The notes under the pieces were generated by a model. That model had not been told where the DNA came from. It did no database searches and saw only the letters and a list, made by a program, of their open reading frames with translations. From contig CAYRGD010000001.1 of assembly GCA_964423885.1 (NCBI GenBank), positions 160,660 to 224,659 on the forward strand: a DNA stretch of 64,000 nucleotides, given 5' to 3'. This DNA comes from an uncultured Candidatus Saccharibacteria bacterium (lineage in GTDB: Bacteria; Patescibacteriota; UBA1384; JACPKC01). Positions 49,478 to 58,076 of this stretch are shown one piece after another (positions within the stretch are counted from its first letter, which is position 1; every line of letters starts with the position of its first letter). The position numbers and the translations under genes were made by a program.

Positions 49478-51451
49478 TCAGCGGATCGTTGCGCCGAACT
49501 CACGTTCGAGCACATGTGCCATACGGTGTTCGATCTGTTCGATCTCGGTAAGTTCGAGCGTCCGCTCCGGGCTCGAAAACAGGATATGGAACGACAGACT
49601 CTTCTTTCCTTCCCCTAATTTCGGCGAGACGAATTCGTCGAAAAGCGTTACGTCTTCTACGAACGGATGCGATGCGACGAGGTATGCTCGGACCGTTTCG
49701 GGCGGTGTCTCGGTCGGGACAAGCAGCGACAGGTCGCGGGTAACCGGCGGGAACTTGGAGATCGGTCGGTATTGCCGCGGCATTCCTGGTAGTGCGAACG
49801 TGGCCGGTATCCGCCGGGCGGTTTTGAGCGTTTTGATCGGGATCTCGGCAAGATACGCTGGTAAATTCCGGATCCGGTACTGCTGCGCAGCCTCGTTTCC
49901 AACGGCGACATTGTGGAGTGCGGCTGTCAGTTCTGACGAATCCAATCCGAGGGTATCTGCGATCCGGGCGGTCCAGGTTTCGAGCGGTTCCTTCTGGTTC
50001 GCGATTGCAAGCCCGAGCTGCAGGTGTTCCGAGGTTTTCGTGAAGACATGGCCGATCTCGAACAGCAGGATCGGGTCGTAGTATCCATTCTTACCGACGG
50101 CACCTGCCAAGCCTGGCAAGAGCGACGGGCGGAGGAAGCGGAGTTGCGGATTCAGCGGATTCGCGAGCTCGCCTGTATCGGGCAATGCGAACCTATCCAG
50201 ATCCTGCTTGCCGATGAAGCTGTACGTGAGTACTTCGGAAAACCCGAGCTCGACGAGACAATCCTTTAGGCCTTCCACCCAGACCGTGTCGGACACCGCA
50301 CCCTCGTGGGGCTTGGTCGCAGGTAGGCGCGCTGCATCGATGCCGGTGTCGAGTCCGGTCAGCCGGGCGATTTCTTCGGCGCAATCCTGCCAGATCGTGA
50401 GGTCGGAGCGCCACGGCGGCGGGGTGACGGCAAACGGTGTATCCGGCGTGTCGCCGATTTGGCAGCCGAGCCGCTCGAGCAGGCGCTGCTGTGCTGCCCG
50501 GGTTATAGTGGCGCCGATCAGGCTTCGTACGCGCTTGTCGTCTACGTTGATCGACAGCTTGTCCGCAGGCGCTGTCCGGATAATGAGCTTGCCGATAGCT
50601 TTGGCGTGACCGAATTCCGGTTTCGATAAGAGCTCGACCGCCTGGTGTAATACCGGAAGACTGAGCGTGGGGTCGACGCCGCGTGCATACCGGTACGACG
50701 CGTCGGTGCCATGCTTCGCTGCCCGCATGGAGGCGCGGATCGCTGCTGGCTTGAACAGGGCGGACTGCAGCAGGATCCGGGTCGTCCGGTTGCTGACGGC
50801 TGTGTTGGCGCCTCCTTGGATACCGGCCAGGTCGACGACTGCCTTCGCGTCGGCGGCGACCAATGCGTCCGTACCGGGTGTCCGTTCGGTGCCGTCGAAC
50901 GTTGTCAGCGCTTCACCGTCATGGGCGTGGCGTATGGTGATCGTGCCGCCCACGATCGCGTCGGCGTCGAACGCATGGAGCGGCTGTCCGTAGAGCTCCA
51001 TGAGGTAGTTCGTCATATCCACGACGTTGTTGATCGGGCGCAGGCCGAACGACACGAGCGCGTCCGCGAGCCAAGGCGGGCTCGGCTGCACGGCCACGTT
51101 GTCGAGCAGTACGGCATGGTATTGGGTACAATCGTCGGTCTCGACGGTGATTGTTGGCTGCGACAGCTCGTCGAGCCGGTCGATCTGCGCCTGGTCGATA
51201 AGCCGCAAGACCGGACGGATGGCATCCGCAGGCGCGTCGGCGTCCAGTTTCGCTTGGAGGTCGCGGGCTACACCGAGGACGGACAGCGCATCGCCCCGGT
51301 TTGGCGTGACCTTGAGTTCGTAGACAGGCTGCTCGCCGGCTAAGAGCTCGGTTTCGAGGCCGAGTCGGTTGAGCTCGCCAGCGATCCGCTCCGGCGCGAG
51401 ACCGGCGAGTTCTGGCACGAAGGTTATCAAATCGCGGTGCGGTACCCTCAT
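49478..51451 (-). CDS. pheT: Phenylalanine--tRNA ligase beta subunit (no B2 OB domain)
   Basis: TPNRGD, INNVVD, GQPLHAFD, LRPSLLPGL, FEIGHVF, FDX-ACB domain (RDLS). Confidence 0.93.
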   Translation of the reverse strand: MRVPHRDLITFVPELAGLAPERIAGELNRLGLETELLAGEQPVYELKVTPNRGDALSVLGVARDLQAKLDADAPADAIRPVLRLIDQAQIDRLDELSQPTITVETDDCTQYHAVLLDNVAVQPSPPWLADALVSFGLRPINNVVDMTNYLMELYGQPLHAFDADAIVGGTITIRHAHDGEALTTFDGTERTPGTDALVAADAKAVVDLAGIQGGANTAVSNRTTRILLQSALFKPAAIRASMRAAKHGTDASYRYARGVDPTLSLPVLHQAVELLSKPEFGHAKAIGKLIIRTAPADKLSINVDDKRVRSLIGATITRAAQQRLLERLGCQIGDTPDTPFAVTPPPWRSDLTIWQDCAEEIARLTGLDTGIDAARLPATKPHEGAVSDTVWVEGLKDCLVELGFSEVLTYSFIGKQDLDRFALPDTGELANPLNPQLRFLRPSLLPGLAGAVGKNGYYDPILLFEIGHVFTKTSEHLQLGLAIANQKEPLETWTARIADTLGLDSSELTAALHNVAVGNEAAQQYRIRNLPAYLAEIPIKTLKTARRIPATFALPGMPRQYRPISKFPPVTRDLSLLVPTETPPETVRAYLVASHPFVEDVTLFDEFVSPKLGEGKKSLSFHILFSSPERTLELTEIEQIEHRMAHVLEREFGATIR

Positions 51452-52146
51452 GCATCCCCCTTGAACTGATTGAGGAACCGGAGACTGCCGCCGTAAAACT
51501 GACGGACGTCGTCGACGCCGTGGGCCATCATGGCGAAGCGGTCGATACCCATGCCGAACGCGAAGCCCTGAACTGTGTTCGGGTCAAGGCCCATCCGCTC
51601 AAGGACGCCCGGATGGATCATCCCTGCGCCGAGCATTTCGACCCAGGCACCTTTGATGCGGGCATGCATTTCGAGCCCCGGCTCGACGAACGGGAAGTAG
51701 GCAGGTACGAATAACGTTTCGGTGTCCGACCCGTACATATGGCTGATAAAGTCGGTCAGCATGCCTTTCAGCTCGGCCAGCGAAACCGATTCGCCGACGA
51801 CCAACCCTTCAAGTTGGAAGAAATTGGTTTCGTGCGTGGCATCGGTTGCTTCGTTGCGGAACACGCGTCCGGGAATGACCAGGCGAACCGGTGGTGTCCG
51901 GCCTTTCATGGCCGGGATCTGGTAGGCAGAGGTGTGCGTGCGGGGTAGCCGGCCATCCGTGAGCCAGAACGTGTCGTGCATCGTCCGGGCCGGATGGTCG
52001 GCAGGGATGCGTAGGTCGTCGAAATTATGCCGTTCGGTCGTGATTTCGGGGCTGTCCACGACCTCGAACCCCCGCTCGAGGAAGAAGGCTAGGCTGCGGC
52101 GCATGTACTGCGTGATCGGATGGAGCGAACCCTGGCGTACGGTCAT
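51448..52146 (-). CDS. pheS: Phenylalanine--tRNA ligase alpha subunit (catalytic core only)
   Basis: GSLHP, HPARTMHDTF, RTHTS, FPFVEP, GFAFGMGIDR; ATG 52146 forms an ATGA overlap. Confidence 0.93.
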   Translation of the reverse strand: MTVRQGSLHPITQYMRRSLAFFLERGFEVVDSPEITTERHNFDDLRIPADHPARTMHDTFWLTDGRLPRTHTSAYQIPAMKGRTPPVRLVIPGRVFRNEATDATHETNFFQLEGLVVGESVSLAELKGMLTDFISHMYGSDTETLFVPAYFPFVEPGLEMHARIKGAWVEMLGAGMIHPGVLERMGLDPNTVQGFAFGMGIDRFAMMAHGVDDVRQFYGGSLRFLNQFKGDA

Positions 52147-52532
52147 GCTTCGGCTCCTACCGGTTGCCTGCGCAAACTCACCGCGACCTCGGCCGAGACG
52201 GCGGCAACGCATAACAGTGCGGTCTCCCACCCGTTGAGATTGGTATAGATGCGCAACAGTGCCCAGACGAGTAAAAATACGGCAAGCTCGATGCCTTGCC
52301 GGACTGCTTGGGAGACGCCGCGGGAATCAGGGAACCGCCGTGCCGCAGCCCGGCGCAGTTCGATGCCGAGGAACGCGAAGAACGAGCCGGCGGCCAAGAC
52401 GAAGCCCGATCCGACACTCGCGTACGCGATCGTATCCGCGGCTGACTGCGGCGTGGTCATGAGTACCCAGAGGACCAAGATCGATCCCAGGAGCAAGCCC
52501 GATGCTAGCCATGCGTAGACAGAGCGGTTCAT
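52143..52532 (-). CDS. Hypothetical 4-TM membrane protein
   Basis: Hydrophobic ORF with ATGA overlaps on both sides. Confidence 0.75.
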   Translation of the reverse strand: MNRSVYAWLASGLLLGSILVLWVLMTTPQSAADTIAYASVGSGFVLAAGSFFAFLGIELRRAAARRFPDSRGVSQAVRQGIELAVFLLVWALLRIYTNLNGWETALLCVAAVSAEVAVSLRRQPVGAEA

Positions 52533-52858
52533 GGCAGCGAATCGAGGATCCGTTCGACCTCGACGATATTTCCGCCACGGTCGTCGGCCACGAACCGGAG
52601 ATTTGGGATGATCTTGAAATCAAGCAACGGCTTTAACCGGTGACGGATGGCGCCGGCGCGCGCGTTCAGGGTATCAACGTGCCCTGGCAGCCCTGCAACT
52701 GCAGTGACGTACACGCGGGCGTCTTTGAGGTCGCGCGTCGTGGTGACGGAGGTCAGCGTGACAAGATCGTTACCGCCGTCGAGCTCGCTGCGGACGATGT
52801 CGGACAGGAGCCGAAGGAGATACGCATTCACCCGATCCATGCGATCGACTGGTTTCAT
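52529..52858 (-). CDS. rbfA: Ribosome-binding factor A
   Basis: RMDRVN, VTLTSV..TRDLKDARVYV, PNLRFVAD. Confidence 0.9.
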   Translation of the reverse strand: MKPVDRMDRVNAYLLRLLSDIVRSELDGGNDLVTLTSVTTTRDLKDARVYVTAVAGLPGHVDTLNARAGAIRHRLKPLLDFKIIPNLRFVADDRGGNIVEVERILDSLP

Positions 52859-52879
52859 GCGTATGATTCTAGCGGGTGT

Positions 52880-53254
52880 TTAGCGCTTTGCCCACTGCGG
52901 TGCACGGCGTGCACGCTTGAGACCCGGCTTCTTGCGTTCTTTTTCGCGCGGGTCGCGGGTAAGAAAGCCAGCTTGCTTCAGGACTTTCTTCGCTTCCGGC
53001 TTATAGGTGATTACCGCCCGGGCGATACCGTGTCGGATGGCGCCCAATTGGCCGGTGACGCCGCCGCCGATCACCTTGGCCGTGATGTCCACTTTACCGA
53101 TAAGCCCTGCGAGTTCCAGCGGTGCGAGCACGCTGCTGTGCGGCGATTCGACGGTTTGCCCGTTGACGACCAGCGACCCCTTGCCCTCGGTCATACGGAT
53201 GCGTGCGACAGCCCGCTTGCGGCGGCCGACGGTCGCGATACGTTCGCTGCTCAT
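52880..53254 (-). CDS. rpsI: 30S ribosomal protein S9
   Basis: GRRKRAVAR, GGGVTGQ, ERKKPGLKRARRAPQWAKR. Confidence 0.97.
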   Translation of the reverse strand: MSSERIATVGRRKRAVARIRMTEGKGSLVVNGQTVESPHSSVLAPLELAGLIGKVDITAKVIGGGVTGQLGAIRHGIARAVITYKPEAKKVLKQAGFLTRDPREKERKKPGLKRARRAPQWAKR

Positions 53255-53658
53255 GCCTGCTCCTTCGCGGTTTCGGGCGCGGCTGCGCCATGGATCGTAA
53301 GCCGGCGCATCAGTTCCCTGCGCAGCCGGTTTTTCGGCAACATGTTGTAGACCGCCATCTCGATCACCTGCTCCGGCTTGGTGGCCATGAGGTCTTTTAG
53401 GCTGACTTCGCGCATACTACCCAAGTATCCGCTATGCCGGCGGTATACCTTTTGGTCGAGCTTCTTGCCGGTGACCGCGACATTCGCGGCGTTGATGACA
53501 ACGACCCGGTCGCCCTCGATCCGGTGCGGCGCGAACGTCGGTTTGTCTTTCCCACGGAGCGCCGTGGCGATTTCAGTCGCGATACGGCCGAGGACCTTGC
53601 CGCCTGCGTCGATCGTCCGGACGGTGTCGGTGGCGGGGAGATAGGTTTTCTTCTTCAT
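53251..53658 (-). CDS. rplM: 50S ribosomal protein L13
   Basis: IDAGGKVLGRIA, LRGKDKPTF, HSGYLG, MLPKNRL. Confidence 0.97.
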   Translation of the reverse strand: MKKKTYLPATDTVRTIDAGGKVLGRIATEIATALRGKDKPTFAPHRIEGDRVVVINAANVAVTGKKLDQKVYRRHSGYLGSMREVSLKDLMATKPEQVIEMAVYNMLPKNRLRRELMRRLTIHGAAAPETAKEQA

Positions 53659-54122
53659 GCTGCTGCCTTTGCCGGTGCGGCCTTCTTGGGAGCCGGCGCT
53701 GTGCTTCCGGCGGTACGGTCTACAGCCTTGGTCTTCGCCGGTTTGTCGTCATCGGTTTTCGGCGGGTCGACGAAGGTGATCATCGAGGTTTCGGCCGCGT
53801 CGCCCTTGCGCATCCCGATCTTATAGAGACGGGTGTAGCCGCCGGCGCGGTCGCCGACACGCGACACGACGTTGTCGATCAAGATGCGTACCGCCGACGC
53901 ATTGCGGAGTTCCGCGACGAGCAGCCGGTGCAGCGCCAGTTTCGCGGCGCCGTTCGCACGGGCTGCTTTGCGTCCGGCGGTGATCCATCGTTCGACGATC
54001 GGACGGAGCGCTTTGGCTTTCGTCGTCGTGGTAGTCACATGGCCGTGCTCGATGAGCGAGATGCCCATCGTGGTGAGCATATGACGTTCTTTGTCGCGGA
54101 TGCGGCGGAACAGCAGTGCCAT
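53655..54122 (-). CDS. rplQ: 50S ribosomal protein L17
   Basis: TTTTKAKALRP, RAGGYTR, RKGDAA; follows rpoA. Confidence 0.93.
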   Translation of the reverse strand: MALLFRRIRDKERHMLTTMGISLIEHGHVTTTTTKAKALRPIVERWITAGRKAARANGAAKLALHRLLVAELRNASAVRILIDNVVSRVGDRAGGYTRLYKIGMRKGDAAETSMITFVDPPKTDDDKPAKTKAVDRTAGSTAPAPKKAAPAKAAA

Positions 54123-54125
54123 GGT

Positions 54126-54911
54126 TTACTCCGCCTGCTCCGGCTCGTCGGCAACGGCCTTCTTCGAAGTGCGCTTCTTGGCAGCCTTCTTCGGTTCCCC
54201 GTCCGTGGTCTGCGCGGCTGCCTGGGCCGCATCGCGAACGATACCGAAGTGCTCGACCAAGATCTGCGACGCCTTGCCCACGGCCTCGGCCGGCGAGACG
54301 GTGCCGTCAGTGGTGAGTTCGAGTGTCAGCTTGTCGTAGTCGGTCTGGCCGCCGACGCGGGTGTGCTCGACATCATAGTGGACCCGCTTGATCGGACTGA
54401 AGATCGAGTCGACCGCGATCGTGCCGAGCGGCAGCTTTTCGTTACCCTTGCGTTCGGTCGGAACGTAGCCGCGGCCGCGTTCGACCGTTACTTCCATCGA
54501 CAGTTTGCCGTTCTTGTCGAGCGTCGCCAGGTGATGGTCGGGATCGGCGATCGTGACATCGGCGTTCGGCGCGAAGTCGGCAGCGGTTACGGCGCCCGGC
54601 CCCTTCTTGTCGAGGCGGATTACCACCGACTCGTCGGATTCGGAGCGGACGCGGAGCGATTTGAGGTTCAGGATAAGCTCGACAATGTCTTCTTTCATAC
54701 CCTTGAGCGTCGTGAACTCATGGTCGGCGCCGTTGATCTTCACGTACGAGACGGCCGCGCCTTCGAGCGAGGTCAGCAGGACGCGGCGCAGGGAATGGCC
54801 GAGCGTCATGCCGTAGCCGGGAGCCAACGGCTCGATCACGAAGGTCGAGACCCGTTCAGAGCTCGGCTGTTCGGTGATCGTCATCCGTTCGGTGTCAGGC
54901 AGGATATACAT
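54126..54911 (-). CDS. rpoA: RNA polymerase alpha subunit lacking the C-terminal domain
   Basis: EPLAPGYGMTLGHSLRRVLL, HEF, GRGYV, DSIFSP, TDYDKL; 261 aa; AAGGAG SD. Confidence 0.95.
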   Translation of the reverse strand: MYILPDTERMTITEQPSSERVSTFVIEPLAPGYGMTLGHSLRRVLLTSLEGAAVSYVKINGADHEFTTLKGMKEDIVELILNLKSLRVRSESDESVVIRLDKKGPGAVTAADFAPNADVTIADPDHHLATLDKNGKLSMEVTVERGRGYVPTERKGNEKLPLGTIAVDSIFSPIKRVHYDVEHTRVGGQTDYDKLTLELTTDGTVSPAEAVGKASQILVEHFGIVRDAAQAAAQTTDGEPKKAAKKRTSKKAVADEPEQAE

Positions 54912-54924
54912 AACGCTCCTTGGC

Positions 54925-55530
54925 TTATCGCGAGTAGAACTCAATGATCAGCTGCTCTTCGAGGTCGGTGCCGATCTCGTCGCGGCTCGGAACCGACAGG
55001 ATCTCGCCCTTGAGGGCGGTCTTGCTTTCAGGCCGCAGCCAGACCGGCATGTCGTTGGTGCTCGGCTTGCGGGCGATCTTGGTCAACTCGATCACCTGAT
55101 TGGGCGCCATCTGCATCGACGGGATCGTGGCTTTCTTGCCATCTACCTTGACCAAGCCGTGCGTGACGTACTGGCGAGCCTGGCGGCGGGTATCAGCGAA
55201 GCCGAGCCGGTACACGACATTGTCGAGCCGGAGCTCAAGCAGCTGGAGCAGGCGCTCGCCGCTGTTGCCGGAGCTGCGCTGGGCCAAACTGTAGTAACGG
55301 CGGAACTGCTTTTCGAGCATGCCGTAGATCGCTTTCGCCTTCTGCTTTTCGAGCAGCTGACGGCCATATTCCGAACGTTTGCCCGGGCGGCGGCTCTGGC
55401 CATGTTGTCCCGGCGCGTAGCCGCGCTTCGTGAACGAGCTCTTCGGCCCAAGGCTGCGCTCCCCCTTCAGGAAGAGGTTGACGCCAGCGCGTCGGCTCAA
55501 TCGTTCGGTCGGTCCTGTGTAGCGTGCCAT
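54925..55530 (-). CDS. rpsD: 30S ribosomal protein S4
   Basis: PGQHG, SEYGRQLLEKQK, LELRLDNVVYR, IIEFYSR. Confidence 0.97.
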   Translation of the reverse strand: MARYTGPTERLSRRAGVNLFLKGERSLGPKSSFTKRGYAPGQHGQSRRPGKRSEYGRQLLEKQKAKAIYGMLEKQFRRYYSLAQRSSGNSGERLLQLLELRLDNVVYRLGFADTRRQARQYVTHGLVKVDGKKATIPSMQMAPNQVIELTKIARKPSTNDMPVWLRPESKTALKGEILSVPSRDEIGTDLEEQLIIEFYSR

Positions 55531-55545
55531 ATGGTGCTCCGATGT

Positions 55546-55920
55546 TTAGACGCGGCGCGGCTTCTTGGCGCGGACGCCATTGTGGGCGACCGGGGTGACA
55601 TCCTTCATTGAGGTAACGCGGACGCCGGTGCCACCGATCGAGCGGACTGCCTGTTCGCGGCCCGAGCCGACACCCGAGACGAAGACGGACGCTTCCTGCA
55701 GCCCCATGGCTTTGGCGCGTTCGAGCGCGTCGAGCATGGCGGTCTGGGCGGCGTACGGGGTCGCCTTGCGTGCGCCCTTGAACCCCTTGGTTCCGGCGCT
55801 CGACCAGGACAGAACGTTCCCGTCGGCATCCGTGATCGTGATGATGGTGTTGTTGAAGGTCGACTGGACGTAGATCCGGCCGGTCGTGACCTGTTTCTGG
55901 GATTTCTTTTTGGTGGCCAT
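55546..55920 (-). CDS. rpsK: 30S ribosomal protein S11
   Basis: STFNNTI, KATPYAAQ, DVTPVAHNG. Confidence 0.97.
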   Translation of the reverse strand: MATKKKSQKQVTTGRIYVQSTFNNTIITITDADGNVLSWSSAGTKGFKGARKATPYAAQTAMLDALERAKAMGLQEASVFVSGVGSGREQAVRSIGGTGVRVTSMKDVTPVAHNGVRAKKPRRV

Positions 55921-55926
55921 GGCGGG

Positions 55927-56313
55927 TTATGTCTTCGCTGCTGACGGTTTGCGGCCCGAGCCGACGTTGACTCGCTTGCCGCGCTTGGTACGGGCGTTCG
56001 TTTTGGTGCGCTGGCCGCGGACCGGCAAGCGGCGGGCGTGCCTGTCGCCACGATAGGTACCGATTTCCCGCAGGCGCTTGACGTGTTGGGCGACTTTCAT
56101 GCGCAGCTCGCCCTCGACCGTATACTCGCGCTCGACGATGTCGCGGAGCTCCGACACTTCGGCTTCGGACAGCTCTTGCATCCGCCGACCCGGTTCGATA
56201 CTCGTCCGGGCAAGGATCGCGTCGGCCGCGCTCCGTCCGATGCCATGGATCGCGGTCAGGGCGATCCGGGCGGGTTTCTGGTTCGGCAATGTGACGCCGG
56301 CGATACGGGCCAT
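55927..56313 (-). CDS. rpsM: 30S ribosomal protein S13
   Basis: MARIAGV, LPVRGQRTKTNARTKRG. Confidence 0.97.
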   Translation of the reverse strand: MARIAGVTLPNQKPARIALTAIHGIGRSAADAILARTSIEPGRRMQELSEAEVSELRDIVEREYTVEGELRMKVAQHVKRLREIGTYRGDRHARRLPVRGQRTKTNARTKRGKRVNVGSGRKPSAAKT

Positions 56314-56316
56314 GGC

Positions 56317-56430
56317 TTATCCTTGTACCTGCTTATGGCGCGGGTTTTCGCAGATGATCCGTACCTTGCGGGCACGCAGGATCACCTTGCACTTCTCGCA
56401 CCGTTTCCGAACTGAAGCAGATACTTTCAT
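56317..56430 (-). CDS. rpmJ: 50S ribosomal protein L36
   Basis: Not in the ORF track; [37 protein letters not shown]. Confidence 0.95.
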   Translation of the reverse strand: MKVSASVRKRCEKCKVILRARKVRIICENPRHKQVQG

Positions 56431-56678
56431 CGCCGTTCCTCGTCTCGTTGGTCGACGCTGAACCGGTAGCTGATCCGTCCGCGGGTCAGGTCGTACGGTG
56501 ACAGTTCCACCTTGACCCGGTCACCCGGCAGGATCTTGATCCGGTTCATACGGATTTTGCCTGAAATAGTCGTGAGAATAGTGAGCGCTGCCTGCCCCGT
56601 GTTGACTTCAACGCGAAACATAGCATTGGGTAACGCTTCCGTCACCATGCCCTCAAACTCGATAACGTCTTTTGCCAT
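56427..56678 (-). CDS. infA: Translation initiation factor IF-1
   Basis: [33 protein letters not shown]. Confidence 0.97.
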   Translation of the reverse strand: MAKDVIEFEGMVTEALPNAMFRVEVNTGQAALTILTTISGKIRMNRIKILPGDRVKVELSPYDLTRGRISYRFSVDQRDEERR

Positions 56679-56702
56679 GTCGTAATTTCAATGACTGTTG
56701 GG

Positions 56703-56731
56703 AGTATACGAAAAAGGATCTGATCGGTCAA
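56703..56731 (-). promoter_or_regulatory. Promoter TTGACC-17-TATACT for the infA-alpha operon
   Basis: Near-consensus hexamers in the map-infA gap. Confidence 0.65.
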
Positions 56732-56740
56732 CAGGGAACA

Positions 56741-57496
56741 TCAAGCATCCGTCCGTGTAAGGATGTCGCACCCGTGCGCTGTAACAAGGAGCGTATCCTC
56801 GCTGTGGGCTGCCCGGGATCCGTCGGCGGTCGAGATCGTCCAGCCGTCGGCCGCGGTTTCCACTTCGTCGGTGCCGCGGGTGATCATCGGTTCGAGACAG
56901 ATCGCCATGCCCGCCTCGAGTACTGGACCGGTGCCGACGCGTCCGGCATTGGGGATCGACGGCGGCTCGTGCAGGTTACGGCCGATGCCATGGCCGGTGA
57001 GCGAGGTGACATTGCCGAACCCCGAACGGTCGATTACGGCCTGGATAGCCGCCTGGACGTCGCCCAGGCGGACGCCGTCCCGGACGGCAGCGATGCCGGC
57101 CGCGAGCGCTTGCTCTGCGACGGTGGTGAGGCGACTGTCTTCGGTGTCAGCCGGAGCCAATACGACCGTTCGGGCCGCATCCGCGTTCCATCCTTGGTAG
57201 CGGACGCCGATATCGACCGATACGACGTCGCCCCGCTCGAGCGGCTGGTCATCGGGAATACCGTGAACCACTTGGTTGTTCCGTGACAGGCAGATCGTGG
57301 CCGGGTAGCCGTTGAACCCAAGAAATCCCGGCTCACCGCCCAGACGGACGATCGTGTCTTGGGCGAGCTGGTCGAGCGTCGTGCCGGTTATGCCAGGCTC
57401 GATGGCTGCCACGACCGTATCGAGCGTCGTGGCCAGGATCGCGCCGGCGCGGCGCATCGCCGCGATGTCTTCGGGTTGCTTCGCATACCTAGCCAT
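56741..57496 (-). CDS. map: Methionine aminopeptidase type I
   Basis: VVHGIP, DIGV..DAART, GHGIG..HEPP, EPM, AHSEDT. Confidence 0.95.
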   Translation of the reverse strand: MARYAKQPEDIAAMRRAGAILATTLDTVVAAIEPGITGTTLDQLAQDTIVRLGGEPGFLGFNGYPATICLSRNNQVVHGIPDDQPLERGDVVSVDIGVRYQGWNADAARTVVLAPADTEDSRLTTVAEQALAAGIAAVRDGVRLGDVQAAIQAVIDRSGFGNVTSLTGHGIGRNLHEPPSIPNAGRVGTGPVLEAGMAICLEPMITRGTDEVETAADGWTISTADGSRAAHSEDTLLVTAHGCDILTRTDA

Positions 57497-58076
57497 GGAT
57501 GATGCCTCTCTCGGTCAACGCGTCGACGATCATCCGCTGCACCGTCTCGATCGGGTGGTCGCCGCATACCTCGACGACCTCGTCTTGCGCACGGAAATGG
57601 CTGAGGATCGCCTGGATCTTTTCGGTCGACCATTCGAGGCGGCGGGCGATAAGCTCGGGCGTGTCGTCGGCCCGGCCGCGGGCCATGAGCCGCTTGATCG
57701 CGTGTTCTTTGGACAACGTGAGATAGACAATGAGCGGATCAGGGAGATGGTACTCGTGCCGGAACCGATCGAACTCGGCGAGCTGGTCGGGCGTGCGCAG
57801 GAAGCCGTCGAACACAAGGCCGCGGCTGGCGTCGACAGTCTGGAAGACACGTTCGATCACCGGCCGCCAGAGCTCGGTCGGCAGGTATTCGCCCCGCTCA
57901 AGCAGCGCCTTGACCGACCGTCCGAGCGGCGTGTCCTGGTGAGCCTCGTCGCGGAACAGTTGGCCGGCCTCGGCCCGCGGCAGGCCGAGCTTGTCGGCAA
58001 GCAGGGATGACTGCGTCCCCTTGCCGCTTCCCTGCGGTCCGAGGAATACCAGGATGCGGGGCTTCGTGAGTGTCAT
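57489..58076 (-). CDS. adk: Adenylate kinase-family NMP kinase (short LID)
   Basis: GPQGSGKGTQ, DGFLRT, RGRADD; position in the spc operon. Confidence 0.88.
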   Translation of the reverse strand: MTLTKPRILVFLGPQGSGKGTQSSLLADKLGLPRAEAGQLFRDEAHQDTPLGRSVKALLERGEYLPTELWRPVIERVFQTVDASRGLVFDGFLRTPDQLAEFDRFRHEYHLPDPLIVYLTLSKEHAIKRLMARGRADDTPELIARRLEWSTEKIQAILSHFRAQDEVVEVCGDHPIETVQRMIVDALTERGIIHG

